From Gracilinanus agilis (Eukaryota): DNA of 64,000 nucleotides. The position numbers were made by a program, and so were the translations under genes. Below are positions 25,626 through 39,637 of the stretch, one piece after another. Where the stretch lies: the NCBI RefSeq assembly GCF_016433145.1, contig NC_058132.1:88208260-88272259 (forward strand), read 5' to 3'. The first letter of the stretch is position 1; each line of letters starts with the position of its first letter. The notes beneath the pieces were generated by a model. The model saw only the letters and a program-made list of their open reading frames with translations. It did no database searches and had not been told where the DNA came from.

Positions 25626-26499
25626 AACTCTTACTAAACAGTTTGTTGAGTTGTGCGAGATACTGCCTCTCAGATGCCAATTTTGTGACAAAGAGTCTTG
25701 TTCAACTTTATTACACTTATGCCATGAAGAAAGAAAGCAGGGTTGTTGATGAGACCAGGCCCAAAGACTCTGAATCATGGCAGAATCTAATCTTTTTCAC
25801 TTAGTGTACTCAAATGTGATGAGAGATATTTAGGGAAGGATATTCCAAAATCACATGAAAAGTCCACTTACCCAATTAAAAAGAAGCCCAAGAACTCAGA
25901 CTTGCTGAGTTCTGTATCTCAAGCTGTAAGTTTTCACTTCTTTTATGTTCTGAACTCTATTCTAAGTGTTAATTCAGGGTACCAGAGTATAATATAGAAT
26001 TTGGAGCTTCAAAGAACTTGAGATCTCAGCTAGTGTAAGGCATTTCTATTGCAGATAAAACAATTAAGATGTAAGTTTTAAGAGATAGTCTCAAGGCTGG
26101 CGGCTTCTATCTTTTCCTTGTCTGGTCTCCTCAGTTTTCATCTCTTGAGTTCAAATTTAAATTTTTAAAAATAATGAAAATAATAATAATTGGTATATAT
26201 GTATGATGTATATATATATATATGTATATGTATAGCGTATTTAGGTATACACATATATGAAGGGGTATATAGAGAGTTTCTGTGTGTATACATGTATATT
26301 TGTAGGTGTGTATATACATGTAACATATATATGGTGGAGGATATAAAGATATATAATGTAGGGATGTGAATAAATAAAATAACTGAATATATCATCTCCT
26401 TTGAGCCTCATAATACTCCTTGTGAGTATTTTTATAAGCATTTTTACCAACATTTAACAGATGAAAAAACTGAGGCTCAGAGTGGTCAAGTAACAGTGT

Positions 26500-29400
26500 T
26501 TTTTGCTAGTAATTTTTTTAATGGAATTTCACTTTCTATCTCTTGCTGCTCAGCTTTGTTGGTAATATATAGAAAGCTGATGTAGGTTTTTATTATAAAT
26601 ATTTTCCCCCAATTTGTTGCTTCCCTTCTAATTCTGGTTGCATTGGTTTTGTTTTACAAAAACTTTTTAACTTAATGTAATCAAAATTATTCATTTTGCA
26701 TTTTGTAATATTCTCTATCTCTTGCTTTGTCTTAAACTCTTTCTTTTCCCATATATCTGACAGGTTTACTATTCTATGTTCACCTAATTTACTTGCAGTT
26801 TCCTTCTTTCCTTCATTCACCATTCTAAATTTATCTTGGTGTAGGGTGTGAGATATTGATTTAAACCTAATCTCTCTCATACTATTTTCGAATTTTCCCA
26901 GCAGTTTTTGTCAAATAGCAGGATTTTGTCCCCAAAGCTGCTATCTTTGGGTTTATTGTACACTATCTTCCTGAGGTCATTTACCTCTATTCCACCGATC
27001 CTACCTTCTGTCTTTTATCCAGTACCATATTGTTTGGATGACAACTGTTTTATAGTACAGTTAAGATCTGGTACTGCTAGGCTCCCATCCATCACATTTT
27101 ATTTTTCATTATTTCCCTTGATATTCTCGATTTTTTATTCTTCCAAATAAACTTTCTTATAATTTTTTCCTAATTTAGCAAAAAGGTTTCTTGGTAGTTT
27201 GATAGGTATGGCACTGAATAAGTATGTTATTTTGGGTAGGATTGTCATTTTTATTATGCTAGCTCATGCAACCCATGAGCAATTAATGTTTTTTCCAATT
27301 ATTTAGATGTAGTTTTAATTGTGTGGAAAGTGTTTTACAGTTGTTTTCATATAATTCCTGTGTTTGTCTTAGCAAATAGATTCCTAGATATTTTATATTG
27401 TCTAGGGTAATTTTCAATGGAATTTCTCTTTCTAACTCTTGCTGCTAAGATGTGTTGAAAATATATAAAAGCACTGATAATTTATGTGGGATTATTTTGT
27501 ATCCTGCAACTTTACTAAAGTTTTTGATTATTTCCATTAGCTTTTTAGTTGTTTCTCTAAGATTCTTTAAGTGGATCATCATATCATCTGCAAAGAGTGA
27601 TACCTTAGTCTCCTCGTTGCCTATTTTAATACCTTCAATTTATTTTTCTTCTCTAATTGCTACTGTTAGTGTTTCTAGTACAATGTTAAATAATAGAGGT
27701 GATAATGGGCATCCTTGTTTCACTCCTGATCTTATTGGGAATGCTTCTTATTTATCCTCATTGCAGATGATGTTTGTTGATGGTTTTAGATACATACTGT
27801 TTATTATTTTTAGGAAAGGATCTTCTATTCCTATACTTTCTAGTGTTTTCAGTACGAATGGGTGTTGTATTTTGTCAAAGGCTTTTTCAGCATCTATTGA
27901 GATAATCATGTGGTTTCTGTTGCTTTGGTTGTAGATATGGTCAATTAAATGGATGATTTTCCTAATATTGAACCATTTTTGCATTCCTGATATGAATCTC
28001 ATCTGATCATAGTGAATAATCCTCATGATCACTTGCTGGAATCTTTTAACTTACATTCTATTTAACATTTTTACATCTATGTTCTTTAAGGAGATTGGTC
28101 TATAGTTTTCTTTCTCTGTTTTTGGTCTGCCTGGTTTTGGAATCAGTACCTTATTTGTGTCATGAAAGGAATTTAGTAGAACTCCTTCTTGGCTTATTTT
28201 GTCAAATAGTTTGTATAGTATTGAGACTAGTTGTTCTTTAAATGTTTGATACAATTCACTTGTGGATTCATCTGGCCCTGGGGATTTTTTTCTTAGGGAG
28301 TTCTTTGATGGCTTGTTTGCTTTCTATTTCTGATGTGGGATTATTTAAATATTGTATTTCTTTTTCTGTTATTCTAGACAGTTTATAATTTTGTAAATAT
28401 TCATCCATATCACCTAGATTGACATATTTGTTACCATATAATTGGACAAAATAGTTTGTAATGATTGCCTTAATTTCCTTTTCATTAGAGGTGAGGTTGC
28501 CCTTTTCATTTTTGATATTGTTAAATTGCATTTCTTCTTTCCTTTTTGAAATTAGATTAATCAGGACTTTGTCTATTTTTTTTCAAAGGACCAGCATCTA
28601 GTCTTATTTATTAATTCAATTGTTATTTCACTTTCAATTTTATTAATTTCTCTTTATATTTTTAGGATTTCCAATTTGATTTTTATCTGGGGATTTTTAA
28701 TTTGTTCTTTTTCAAGTTTTTTAATCTGCATGCCCAATTCATTGACCTCTTCCCTTTCTGATTTGTTGATATATACACTCAGGGATATAAATTTTTCCCC
28801 TGAGTACTACTTTGGTTGCATCCCATAGATTTTGATGTGATGTCTCCTCATTATCATTTTCTTCAATAAAATTATTAATTGTTTCTATGATTTGTTCTTT
28901 AACCAACCAATTTTGGAGAATCATATTATTTAATTTCCAATCAATTTTTGAATTGCCTCTCCCTATACCTTTAATAATTATTATTTTTATTGCATTATGA
29001 TCTGAAAAAGTTACATTTATTATTTCTACTTTTTTGAATTTGTTTGCAATGTTTTTATGACCTAGTACATGGTCAATCATGTACCATGTGATACTGAAAA
29101 GAAGGTGTATTCCTTTTTGTCCCTATTTATTTTTCTTCGTATATCTTTTAGCTCTTAATTTTTCTAAGATTTCATTCACACCTCTTATCTTTTTCTTATT
29201 TATTTTTTGTTTTGATTTATCTAGATCTGATAGAGGAGGGTTCTGGACTCCCACTAGTGTAGTGTTAGTATCAATTATCTCCTTAAGCTCCAACAGTTTC
29301 TCCTTTAGAAAACTGGATGCTATACCATTTGGTGCATATAAGCTGAGTTCTGCTATTTCCTCATTGTCTTTACTGCCTTTTATCAAGATGTAATTACCTT

Positions 29401-31330
29401 AACTATCTCTTTTAATCAGATCTATTTTTACTTTGGCTTTGTCAGATATCATCATTGCAACTCCTGTCTTCTTTTTTCAGTTGTTGCCCAATAGATTTTT
29501 CTTCATTCTCTTACCTTTACCCCGTGTGTGTGTCTACCTGCCTCATGTGTGTTTCTTGTAGACAACATATGATATGATTTTGGTTTCTAATCCACTCTGT
29601 CCGTTTCTTCTGTTTTATGGGTGAGTCATTTCCATTCACATTCAGAGTTACGATTACCACCTGTTTATTCTCCATCATTTTTATTTCCCTCTCCTAGTCC
29701 TGCCCTTTCTTCTTTCACTATTTCCTTCTATATCAGTGTTTTACTTTTAAATCAGTCCCCCTAATCCTCACTCTTATATTATTTCCCTTCACACCCACCC
29801 TTTCTAATTCCCCTTATATTTTTCTTTAGAGTCTATTAAATTCCCTCCCCCTCTCTTTCCCTGCCTTTTGGAACTCCCCACCCTAATGTCCTCCTTGGTT
29901 TTTCCCTCTCAACTTCCCGTAGGGTAAGATAGAATTCTATATGCCAATGGATATAGATGCTCTTCCCTCTCAGAGTTGATTCCACTGAGAGTAAGATTTA
30001 AGTATTTATTATCTATTAGCACTCTCTTCCTCTCCTTCTTTTAATTGTATTTCTCCCTCCCCCTCCCATGTTCCTCCTTATGTGGTATAATTTATCCTAT
30101 TATTCTTATTCCTTCAAGTTCCTCTTGATGCCATCTTCTATTCATCCTTTTTTTTACATATCATCTTAAACTACTTAGTACCCCAACTTCTACCTATGAA
30201 TAATTTTTCTAACTACTATGATAGTGAATATAGTTTTTGAGAGTTACAAATATCATTTTTTTCATATAGAAATATAAACAATTTGACCTTACTGAAACTC
30301 CTAAATTTTTTCCCTCTTTCTTGTTTACCTTTTCATGTTACTCTTGAAATTTTTATTTGGACATCAAATTTTCCATGTAGTTCTCGTCTTTTCTTTACAA
30401 ATACTTGGACATCTTCTATTTTGTTAAATGCCCATACTTTTCCCTGGAAATATATAGTCAATTTTTATGGGTAGATGATCCTTGGCTGTTGACCCAAACA
30501 ATTCTCTTGCCTTTCTGAATATCATATTCCAAGCCTTGCAATCCTTTAGTGTGGAAGCTGCCAGATCCTGTGTAATCCTGCTTGGTGATCCTTGATATCT
30601 GAATTGTCTCTTACTTCCTGCAATTTTTTCTCTTTAGCTTGGAAGTTCTTGAACTTGGCAGTTATATTCCTGGGAGTTTTCTTTTGAGGACTTAATATAG
30701 ACAGAGATCTATGGACTCTTTCAATGTCTATTTTCCCCTCTTATTCGAGAATATCAGGACAGTTTTCTTGGATAATTTCTTGTAATATGTTGTCAAGGCT
30801 TCTGTTTTTTTCTAGGTTTTTAGGTAGACCAATAATTCTCATATTGTCTCTCCTGGATCTGTTTTCCAGGTCTTTCATCTTCTCAATAAGATATTTCATG
30901 TTCCCTTCTCTTTTGTCATTCTTTTTACTTTGCTTTATTAATTCTTGCTGTTTTGTGAGATCATCAGCTTTTATCTGCCAAGTTCTGATTTTTAAAGACT
31001 GGTTTTCAGGTATGATATTTTGATTTTCTATTGTGGTTTGATCTATCCTGTTTTTCATGGCTTCCAGAAGGTCAATTCTGGTCTCCAATTTGCTTATCAT
31101 TTAATGTGATTTCTGTACTTCTTTTTCCAGTGGGAGAGTCTGTCTTTTAAATTGTTATTTTCTTTTTTAACTATTTCCCACTTTTCTTGCCAAGTGTCTT
31201 CTTTCTTTCTTAATTGGTTCTTGGACTATAATTTGAGTTCCTGGAGAGCTAGTGACCAATTTCCATTTTTATTTTGGAAAGTTTGGATGTGTTTGCTTTT
31301 TGTCACCCTTTTTTCTACTCTGCAACCAAC
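26500..31330 (-). mobile_element. Degenerate L1 (ORF1 and most of ORF2)
   Basis: Minus-strand ORF fragments: ORF1 (DLENRSRRDNMRIIG, IIQENCPDIL), EN (MIDHVLGH, SDHNAI), RT ([30 protein letters not shown]). Fragmented by stops. Confidence 0.95.
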
Positions 31331-31384
31331 TTAGCCTGGAAGTCCTACAAAAATTCTTTATACATATTATCATTTTATTCTTTT

Positions 31385-31585
31385 TGTTTTTAATCTCTTA
31401 CCTTCCATCTTAGAATTAATACTCTGCAATTGTTTCTAAGGTAGAGCAGTAAGGGCTAGGCAGTGTGGGTTAAGTACCTTGCCCAAGGTCATACAGTTAG
31501 GAAGTGTCTAAAGTCAGATTTGAAACCAGGAACTCCCATTTCTAGTCTTGGTTCTAATCCACTAAGCCACGTAGTTGCCATCTAT
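31385..31585 (-). mobile_element. Older SINE1_Mdo-like SINE
   Basis: cttaccttccatcttagaatt...ggcagtgtgggttaagtaccttgcccaagg...atccactaagccac. Confidence 0.8.
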
Positions 31586-32034
31586 TATTTTATTCTTACA
31601 TCAATCCTGAAAGGTAAAGTAGCTGTTAATATTTTCCATATTTTATAGAAAAGGAAATTAAAGGATACAAGTGGATTACCCAGGGTCATACAGCTAAAAA
31701 ATTTTAAGGCCAAACTTGAGCTCTAATTTTCATGATTCCTACATTATTCAATGTGTCACCTAGAAGCCCATCTGGAATTACCCCTACCATTTAAAGAATG
31801 ATGACTATTCCTCTACTTATTTTGCCTAAATTTAGCCCTACCTAGAATGACCTCAAGGCAGTACCTTTAGAGAAAAGGGCCCCCAGCCTTCTTGTGGTCC
31901 AGTGGAAAAAAAAAAGTTCTTGATTTGAAGACAGAGGACCTGGATTGGAAGCCTGGCTCTAACATTTATTATCTATGTTACCTTGGTTATGTCAGTATCT
32001 TTCTAGGTATTTGTTTTACAGTTTATTTTTTCAT

Positions 32035-32485
32035 TGTTGTTGTTGTTCAGTCATTTAGTCCTGTCTGACCCCATGGTCCATAGCTCTTCATGGAGTTTTT
32101 TTTGTTTGTTTTTGTTTTTTTTTACCCTTGTACTTTGGTGTATTGTCTCATACGTGGAAGATTGGCAAGGGTGGGCAATGGGGGTCAAGTGACCTGCCCA
32201 GGGTCACACAGCTGGGAAGTGGCTGAGGCCGGGTTTGAACCTAGGACCTCCTGTCTCTAGGCCTGACTCTCACTCCATTGAGCTACCCAGCTACCCCTTC
32301 ATGGAGTTTTCTTGACAATGATCCTGGAGTAGTTTGCCATTTCTTTCTCCAGTGCAACCTTTTGGCAGACAATCAGAGTTTAAGTGACTTATCCTGGGTC
32401 GTACAATTAGAAAGTGTCTGAGGCTGGATTTGACTCAGCTTTTCCTGACTCAAGAATTAGTAGTTTTAACCACTGCGCCACAACT
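32035..32485. mobile_element. MAR1-like element with a nested young SINE (32100-32297, minus strand, 13-bp TSD)
   Basis: Host has gttgttcagtcatttagtc...gagttttcttgacaatgatcctggagtagtttgccatttc. TSD ttcatggagtttt at 32087-32099 and 32298-32310. Confidence 0.85.
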
Positions 32486-32734
32486 GATTCTTCTCTTACT
32501 GTATCACTTGAATAATATCTCTCTATTCCTCATTATGAGTTCTCTCAATTTTGTCCACACTCATTGTGAACTTTAGAAATAGAAGACTTAATAAAAATAG
32601 AAAGAACTTTATGATTGTCTTGTACTCCCTGAGTACATATGCTCCTTTGCCCCAAAACACTATTCACACTATCCTGACTTATCTTCAGTGATAACCTATC
32701 TCTCTTGAACTATTCTCTTGAACAGTTATATGAT

Positions 32735-32763
32735 ATCTTTTTCTTCTCGTTCTATGTCTCTAG
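32735..32763 (+). promoter_or_regulatory. Splice acceptor of the OR coding exon
   Basis: tttttcttctcgttctatgtctctAG ending at 32763, upstream of in-frame ATGs at 32794 and 32806. Confidence 0.65.
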
Positions 32764-32793
32764 AAAGTTTCTTTGGTTGCTGGCAAAGACTCC

Positions 32794-33753
32794 ATGTTTT
32801 CTCTCATGGGCAATCTCAGGACCAATATATCTGGCTCCCCTAGCTTCATCCTAACAGGCTTCCCAGGAATGGAAGCAATGGAACCTTGGTTGGCCATTCC
32901 ACTCCTCCTGCTCTATGCTATCTCCATTGTGGGCAATGCCCTAATCCTAGTCATTGTCAAGGAAGAACAAAGCCTGCACCAGCCTATGTACTATTTTCTA
33001 TCTTTGCTCTCAGTCAATGACCTGGGTGTTTCTTTGTCCACACTGCCCACTGTCCTTGCTGCTCTTTGCTTCCATGCTCGTGAGATTTCCTTTGAAGGAT
33101 GCCTGGCTCAGATGTTCTTTATTCATCTCTTCTCCTGGACAGAATCTGGGATCCTGTTGGCCATGAGCCTAGACCGTTATGTAGCCATCTGCAATCCACT
33201 TCGCTATGCCACAATCCTCACCAATGCCCGCATTGTGGCCATGGGGCTGGCCACATTATTCCGCAGCTTCCTGCTCATCCTGGTCTTTCCCCTGCTCCTT
33301 CAGCGACTGCCCTTCTGCCACCCACGAAATGTCCTCTCTCATGCCTACTGCCTACATGTGGACATGATCAAGCTGGCATGTGCTGATGTCACCCTCAATA
33401 GCCACTATGGTCTATCCATTGTGCTTCTCACCTTTGGCTTGGACTCTGCACTCATATTTCTCTCTTACATCATGATCCTCCGCTCTGTTCTGGCCATCGC
33501 CTCCCGTGAGGAACGACTCAAGACACTCAACACATGTGTGTCCCACATCTGTGCTGTGCTCATCTTCTATGTGCCTATGGTGAGCGTGTCCATTGTGCAC
33601 CGCTTTGGAGGCAGCCTTCCTCATGTTGTTCATATTCTCATGTCTGTCCTCTACCTCTTTGTGCCACCGATGCTTAACCCTATTATCTATTCAATCAAGA
33701 CAAAGGAGATACGCCGCAGACTACAAAAGATGATTTTTAGGATCAAGTTATGA
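32794..33753 (+). CDS. Olfactory receptor, class I, OR51 family (related to OR51I-type); 319 aa from ATG 32794 or 315 aa from ATG 32806
   Basis: Intact ORF with LHQPMY, MSLDRYVAICNPLRY, LSHAYCLH, KTLNTCVSH and PPMLNPIIY motifs and an NIS sequon. The track start at 32773 is a TTG and probably not the real start. Confidence 0.93.
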   Translation: MFSLMGNLRTNISGSPSFILTGFPGMEAMEPWLAIPLLLLYAISIVGNALILVIVKEEQSLHQPMYYFLSLLSVNDLGVSLSTLPTVLAALCFHAREISFEGCLAQMFFIHLFSWTESGILLAMSLDRYVAICNPLRYATILTNARIVAMGLATLFRSFLLILVFPLLLQRLPFCHPRNVLSHAYCLHVDMIKLACADVTLNSHYGLSIVLLTFGLDSALIFLSYIMILRSVLAIASREERLKTLNTCVSHICAVLIFYVPMVSVSIVHRFGGSLPHVVHILMSVLYLFVPPMLNPIIYSIKTKEIRRRLQKMIFRIKL

Positions 33754-34899
33754 TGGAAATATACTTGAACTTGCCTCGTCTAGCAGAGGGTTATTGAGAC
33801 AATGAGAAAACTAGGGACCATGCCATATTACGACTGACTAAAGGAGGTAGTGATTTTTGGCTTGATAAAGAGAAGTGGATGGGAGATGAACACTGTCTTC
33901 AAGCATTTGAAGAGATATCAGATGAAAGAGAAACTTGGAAAATCACTAGTCCATCCCAGAGGAAAGAAGTAGGACTAATTTTGGTGGCTCAGTAAGATTG
34001 TAGGGATACAAATTTCAGCTCAATGTAAGAGAAATTCATTATGAATTTAGAGCTACCCCCAAGAAGTAGTGATGTCTTCTTTGCCAAGAGTCCTCCTTGA
34101 TGGTGATAATGTAAAGGTATATTAAATTCAAGGACTTAGTTTCAAATGAGGTATCATGAGGTCTACACAAAATTGTTCTGAATCATCCTTAGCCATTCAG
34201 CTACAATGGTTAATTCTATAATAAACAAAACTCAACTATTAATGGACCAACATTCAATAATCAGTTCTAAACTACCAGCATAAGTAATACTAACTTTGAA
34301 TGTGATACACAGACTGATTTTGTTTATACAAAAATTATTCATCATAGATACAAACCATTTCTTTTTTTTAATTACCATTGACTACCATGTGGATGCAAAA
34401 AACACCCATCTGAGAGTGGGTTGTGTACTTTGGGGTTATGATTATGAGAGAAAGACCCCATCCCCTCTCTTAAATTCGTGAAGGGCAGAGTGAGTTTCAC
34501 TAGATAATAGGCCATTGCAAATGGCTTTCAGTTTTCCTTAGACAACTCATATCATTTCTGTTCCCCCCCATATGCCCAACCATCTTCTAAATTTTCCTGG
34601 AATATCACTATGATCCTTCTAAGCATACAGGTTCACCAATCTAATCAGAAGTCAAATGTTCCAGTTTCTGCATCCCCAGATCTTTTGTATCTGTATGCTT
34701 CTCTCTCTATTCACACAATTGTCCCTCGATTTAGGCCCTTTTCAGCTGTCACCTAGATTTGAGCAACATTTTTTCTAGTAGTTCTCCTGGTTTCTTCATT
34801 CCCTCTCTAATTCAGACCTCATAAAGCTATTAAAATTATTTTCCTACAATACATTTCTTACCATTCCACTATGTACTTAATAACCTCCAGTTGTCCTCC

Positions 34900-35420
34900 A
34901 ATTGATAAATGGTGAAAAGATATGAACAGTTTCTGGATAAAAAATTCAAAGCCAAATATAGGCATATGAAAAATGCTCTAAATCATTACTGATTAGAGAT
35001 ATGCAAATCAAAACAATTCTGAGATATCAACTCACACCTATCAGATTGGCTAAAACAATAAAAAGACAAAATGACACATGTTGGAGGGGATGTAGAAATG
35101 TAGAGACAGTGATACAGGAATTTCAAACTGATTTTACTGTTTTGGAGAACAATTTGGAATTATGATCAGAGAGTTATAAAATTGCGTAAACCCTTAGACC
35201 CAACAGTTAGGTCTATTTCCCAAGGAGATCAGGGGAAAAGGAGAACCTCTATATTCCAAAAATTTTATAACAGCTCTCCTTGTGGCAAAAAACTGGAAAT
35301 CAAGGGAATGTCCATTAATTGTAGAATGGCTGAACAAGTTGTTGTGTCTGATTATGATGGAACATTATTGCACTATAAGAAATGATGAGCAGGTTAATTA
35401 AAAAAACTTGGAAAGGCCAA
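34900..35420 (+). mobile_element. Old L1 3' region fragment
   Basis: catatgaaaaatgctctaaatcattactgattagagatatgcaaatcaaaacaa..ctgaga, ttgtggcaaaaaactggaaa; homologous to the 52100-52500 L1 region. Confidence 0.85.
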
Positions 35421-35629
35421 CATGAAATCAATTTGTACATTATCTTGATATTCTTGAGTTGCTCTACTATATGTGATGAAAATGTGCAAAACTGACATTA
35501 TTTACTTGGGACTCAGAATGTTTTGGAGAAACTGATTGTCTTTAGGACCCAGAGTAAGTTGAAGAAAAAAAGAGCTTGACTGAGGTAACCATGGAAACCA
35601 GCTCTCTTAGTCCTAGGATACTAGACTGG

Positions 35630-35658
35630 ACCACAGGTGTGTGTGGCTCAGCTGGTGG
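35630..35658 (-). pseudogene. MEGF11: MEGF11 retrocopy, short continuation beyond the LTR
   Basis: Minus strand CCAC CAGCTGAGCCACACACACCT reads (H)-AEPHTP, matching the recalled MEGF11 RHAEPHSP once the LTR and one TSD copy are removed. Confidence 0.65.
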
Positions 35659-36521
35659 TGTTCTGGATATTATTGATGTTTATATCAATGGCCAGTTGAT
35701 CTTGATCTTGATATTTGTTATTGTTTATAGATAGATGATATAGGCTCAAGATGTTAGGATGACCAGTGGTAGATGGTATATGAAGCTTCTGGACACAGCA
35801 TAATCCAACTAATTTATTATTAACTATAAGGAGTATAAGGGATAGGAAAAGGAAATAGAAAGCAACATAGGAAAAACTATTACCCTAATTCTAGGATTTC
35901 TAAATATATGCCCCCAAAAACTAATCCGTGAGGATTTTCTTCTTGTTCACCAAACATGAAACTCCTTAAACTATTCTACCACTGTCTGCCTACACCCCAA
36001 ATCTATCTATCCTTATGCTAATATATAAATTTATAATTACTCTTAAATTCCTTCACTTATATTGGATACTCACAGTTCTGTGTCTATGCAGCTTCAGAAA
36101 TATAGTTGCCTGTCAGTTCTCACACATGTTGCTCTTTAGTGCCACCTAGAGTTCCTCTAGAGAAAAGCTCCTGCCAAACTCTTCCAGTTCAAGTACTCTC
36201 CAATCTTCATCAGATGAAAGATGTTTTCCCAAGCTAACTCTCACCAAAATCCTCACAGAATGATGAGAGCAAATCTCCTGCTACCTACTCCCAGAGAGTA
36301 CGCTCCAGAGAGTGAGTGACCAGTTTTCCCAACTGGCTTTTCCCAGTAGGTTCTGGGATCTCCTCTTCAGGGACCCACAACCTATTCTCTGTCCTATTTA
36401 ATCAAAGGGGACAAGGCAAAATACAGAAACCCCTTTCTCGAGTCTAAAACTCTTGCTTCTAAATATCCAGAATGGCTACTTACTAGCTAATTAACTACTT
36501 AATAACAAATTAATCCTTACA
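35659..36521 (-). mobile_element. Solo LTR (863 bp) inserted in the MEGF11 retrocopy, 4-bp TSD GTGG
   Basis: TG at 35659 and CA at 36520-36521; GTGG at 35655-35658 and 36522-36525. Minus-strand AATAAA at ~35813-35818. Confidence 0.88.
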
Positions 36522-37185
<664 letters not shown>

Positions 37186-37199
37186 GAGACGAGATAAGC

Positions 37200-37700
37200 A
37201 ATATTCTTGAGCTTTCTCTAGTCTCAGACTTGGTATCTCTGGTTTCAGACTCCCTATCTCTGATTCGTTTTATCACTTGGCTTCAACTATGAGACATCCA
37301 GTTCCAAGACTCAGTAGTCCATTGTTTTGCTGAAACCTTGGGAGTGAGTTATTTCATACCCTTATCTTGCTGTCTTAATATATATATATATATATATATA
37401 TATGACATCTCTGATCAGTGATGTCTTTGTTCCACCTGGAACTTGAGAATCTGTCATCCCATCCTGGGAACTCTCCACCCATATCACCCCAGATCCCTCC
37501 CTGGATCAGCCCCTTCCAACCCCTTTTCCAACTCTCTTCACTAAGAATTATAAAATAGCTACCAACCAGCTATATTTTGAGCTTTTTGGTACTAGACCAA
37601 ATTGCTCCCATGAACATATAGGTCTTGCTAAATAAAGACTTTTTTAATCTTACAGTTACTTCATACATCTTGTTTTTCTTCTTGTTCAGGGAAAGTGGGC
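37200..37700 (+). mobile_element. LTR-like element with an internal (TA)n tract
   Basis: tataaaa (~37548) followed by aataaa (~37630) and a pyrimidine-rich U5-like tail. Boundaries uncertain. Confidence 0.45.
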
Positions 37701-38249
37701 AGAGGTCTCAAGCAAGGTCAATGCTTGCCACAATGACTTGGGGTGTAATTTCCATTTGGGAAATAGAATTAAGTTCCATGGAATCTGTGCCTCAGTTTGC
37801 ATTATGAAGAATGAAATAAATAAAACCAAGAGAACATTTATATACAGCTCCAAATTAATATTTGAAGAATAACTTGTCAGTATAATGTCCACCTCCAGAG
37901 AAAGAACTGAAAAATAGAAACACAAAAGATATGATTTATATATACATATTTTTGTCAGATGATGTCTTCTATAGTGTGGGGAGGGGAGGGAGGGGATAAG
38001 ATGATTTTGATGTGTAACAATGACTTTTAATGTAACCAATAAATTAATTTCTTAAATTTAAATTTAATTTTTTTAGAAAATAAAAACAATGGCTCCCTAT
38101 TGACTCCAGGATCAAAAATCATTTTTTACTTCATTTCATTCTTTTTAATTTCTATTTTGGAATAAGATGTATAATGCAACTAATCATTATTAAAATTTTA
38201 TACACACACATGTATATATATATATACATATATATACACACATACATAC

Positions 38250-38700
38250 TTGTTTAGTTGTTTCAATAGTGTCTGACTCTTTGTGACTCCATTTGGGGCT
38301 TTCTTTTTTTTTTAGAATTTTTTTAAACCCTTGTACTTCGGTGTATTGTCTCATAGGTGGAAGATTGGTAAGGGTGGGCAATGAGGGTCAAGTGACTTGC
38401 CCAGGGTCACACAGCTGGGAAGTGGCTGAGGCAGGATTTGAACCCAGGACCTCCTGTCTCTAGGCCTGACTCTCACTCCACTGAGCTACCCAGCTGCCCC
38501 CATTTGGGGCTTTCTTGGCAAAGATACTGGATTGGTTTGCCATTTCCTTCCCTAGTATTTTACAGTAGTACTAAGGCAAACAAGGTTAAGCAACTTGCCC
38601 AGGATCACACAGCTAATAAATGTCTGAGACCAGATTTGAACTCATGAACATGAGTCTTCCTGATTCCACATCCAGTACTTCCCTTCACTACCTAGCTGCC
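38250..38700. mobile_element. MAR1-like element with a nested young SINE (38306-38500, minus strand, 16-bp TSD)
   Basis: TSD catttggggctttctt at 38290-38305 and 38501-38516. Host gtgtctgactctttgtgactcc...ggcaaagatactggattggtttgccatttcc. Confidence 0.88.
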
Positions 38701-38719
38701 TTGTATGTAAAAAGTAAAC

Positions 38720-38754
<35 letters not shown>

Positions 38755-39459
38755 TATATATACATATATATAGGGTACATGCTTAAATATTTTTTTACTG
38801 ATAGAGACATATGACCAAAAGGTTTGAATATCACTGCACTAAATAATGACTATTCCTAGGTTAAACCCAGACCTCAACCATAGACCTCCTTCTAAATCCC
38901 CATCATACCTTGAGTCCTAACAAGCTCAAAGCTCTGAACCTTCTAAATATAGCTTACTCCCAGTTACAAATGACCTTAAGTTTTTCTGCAGAATAATCTC
39001 TGGCATGGGCTACAGATTGATTCTTATTCCTGGCCACTGACTGAACCCTAATCCTAACTTGATTTAATCCCCAATCCAAATCAAAGATTATCCCAAACAT
39101 TGCTAAAAATCCTAACCTAGGACATAGTCTGATTGGTGGAGACTATCTGGAAATGACCTTTACCCTCTAGCCAGGGACCCAAACCTTGGTTTTATACAAA
39201 ATTTCTAACTCTTATTTTGAGGTCTTATTAGCTTGTGCATAGTGCATTGTATTATCTCTGAAAGAGAATGAGCTCAGAGCCAAGTACCAATTGAACTAAT
39301 GGTTAGTGCTAATGTGGCCAGGGATGGTTGGAAGTTAGGTTGGAGAGGTGGGGACCTTGCTTAGACTGACCTTGCCAAATTAAGACTCCAAGAAACCACA
39401 GAACGCTTTTCCCCTCCCGTCCTCCCTCCCTTTAACTTTCTACATATTCCTGGTAGAAT

Positions 39460-39637
39460 AAATGAACCTCAGGGCCTTTGAGTTCCATAATCATCAGAGT
39501 CCCTGGGGACTCCCCTGTGATTTTTTTTATAAATCTCATTGTACTGGAAGCCTTCATCATCTACACAGAGGGCTGGCAGTGCTGCTTCTGCCTAAGACCC
39601 TTTATTTATCCTCCAGATTTCCACAAGGAAGGTAAGT
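39460..39637 (+). promoter_or_regulatory. Candidate OR promoter and first non-coding exon (probably for the OR at 46334)
   Basis: Perfect O/E (EBF/Olf-1) site TCCCTGGGGA at 39500-39509. Strong donor AAG|GTAAGT with GT at 39632-39633. Confidence 0.55.

Noticed and set aside
32773-32793. N-terminal extension MVAGKDS of the OR in the ORF track
   Set aside because: It starts at a TTG just downstream of the splice acceptor. In-frame ATGs at 32794 and 32806 give normal OR lengths.
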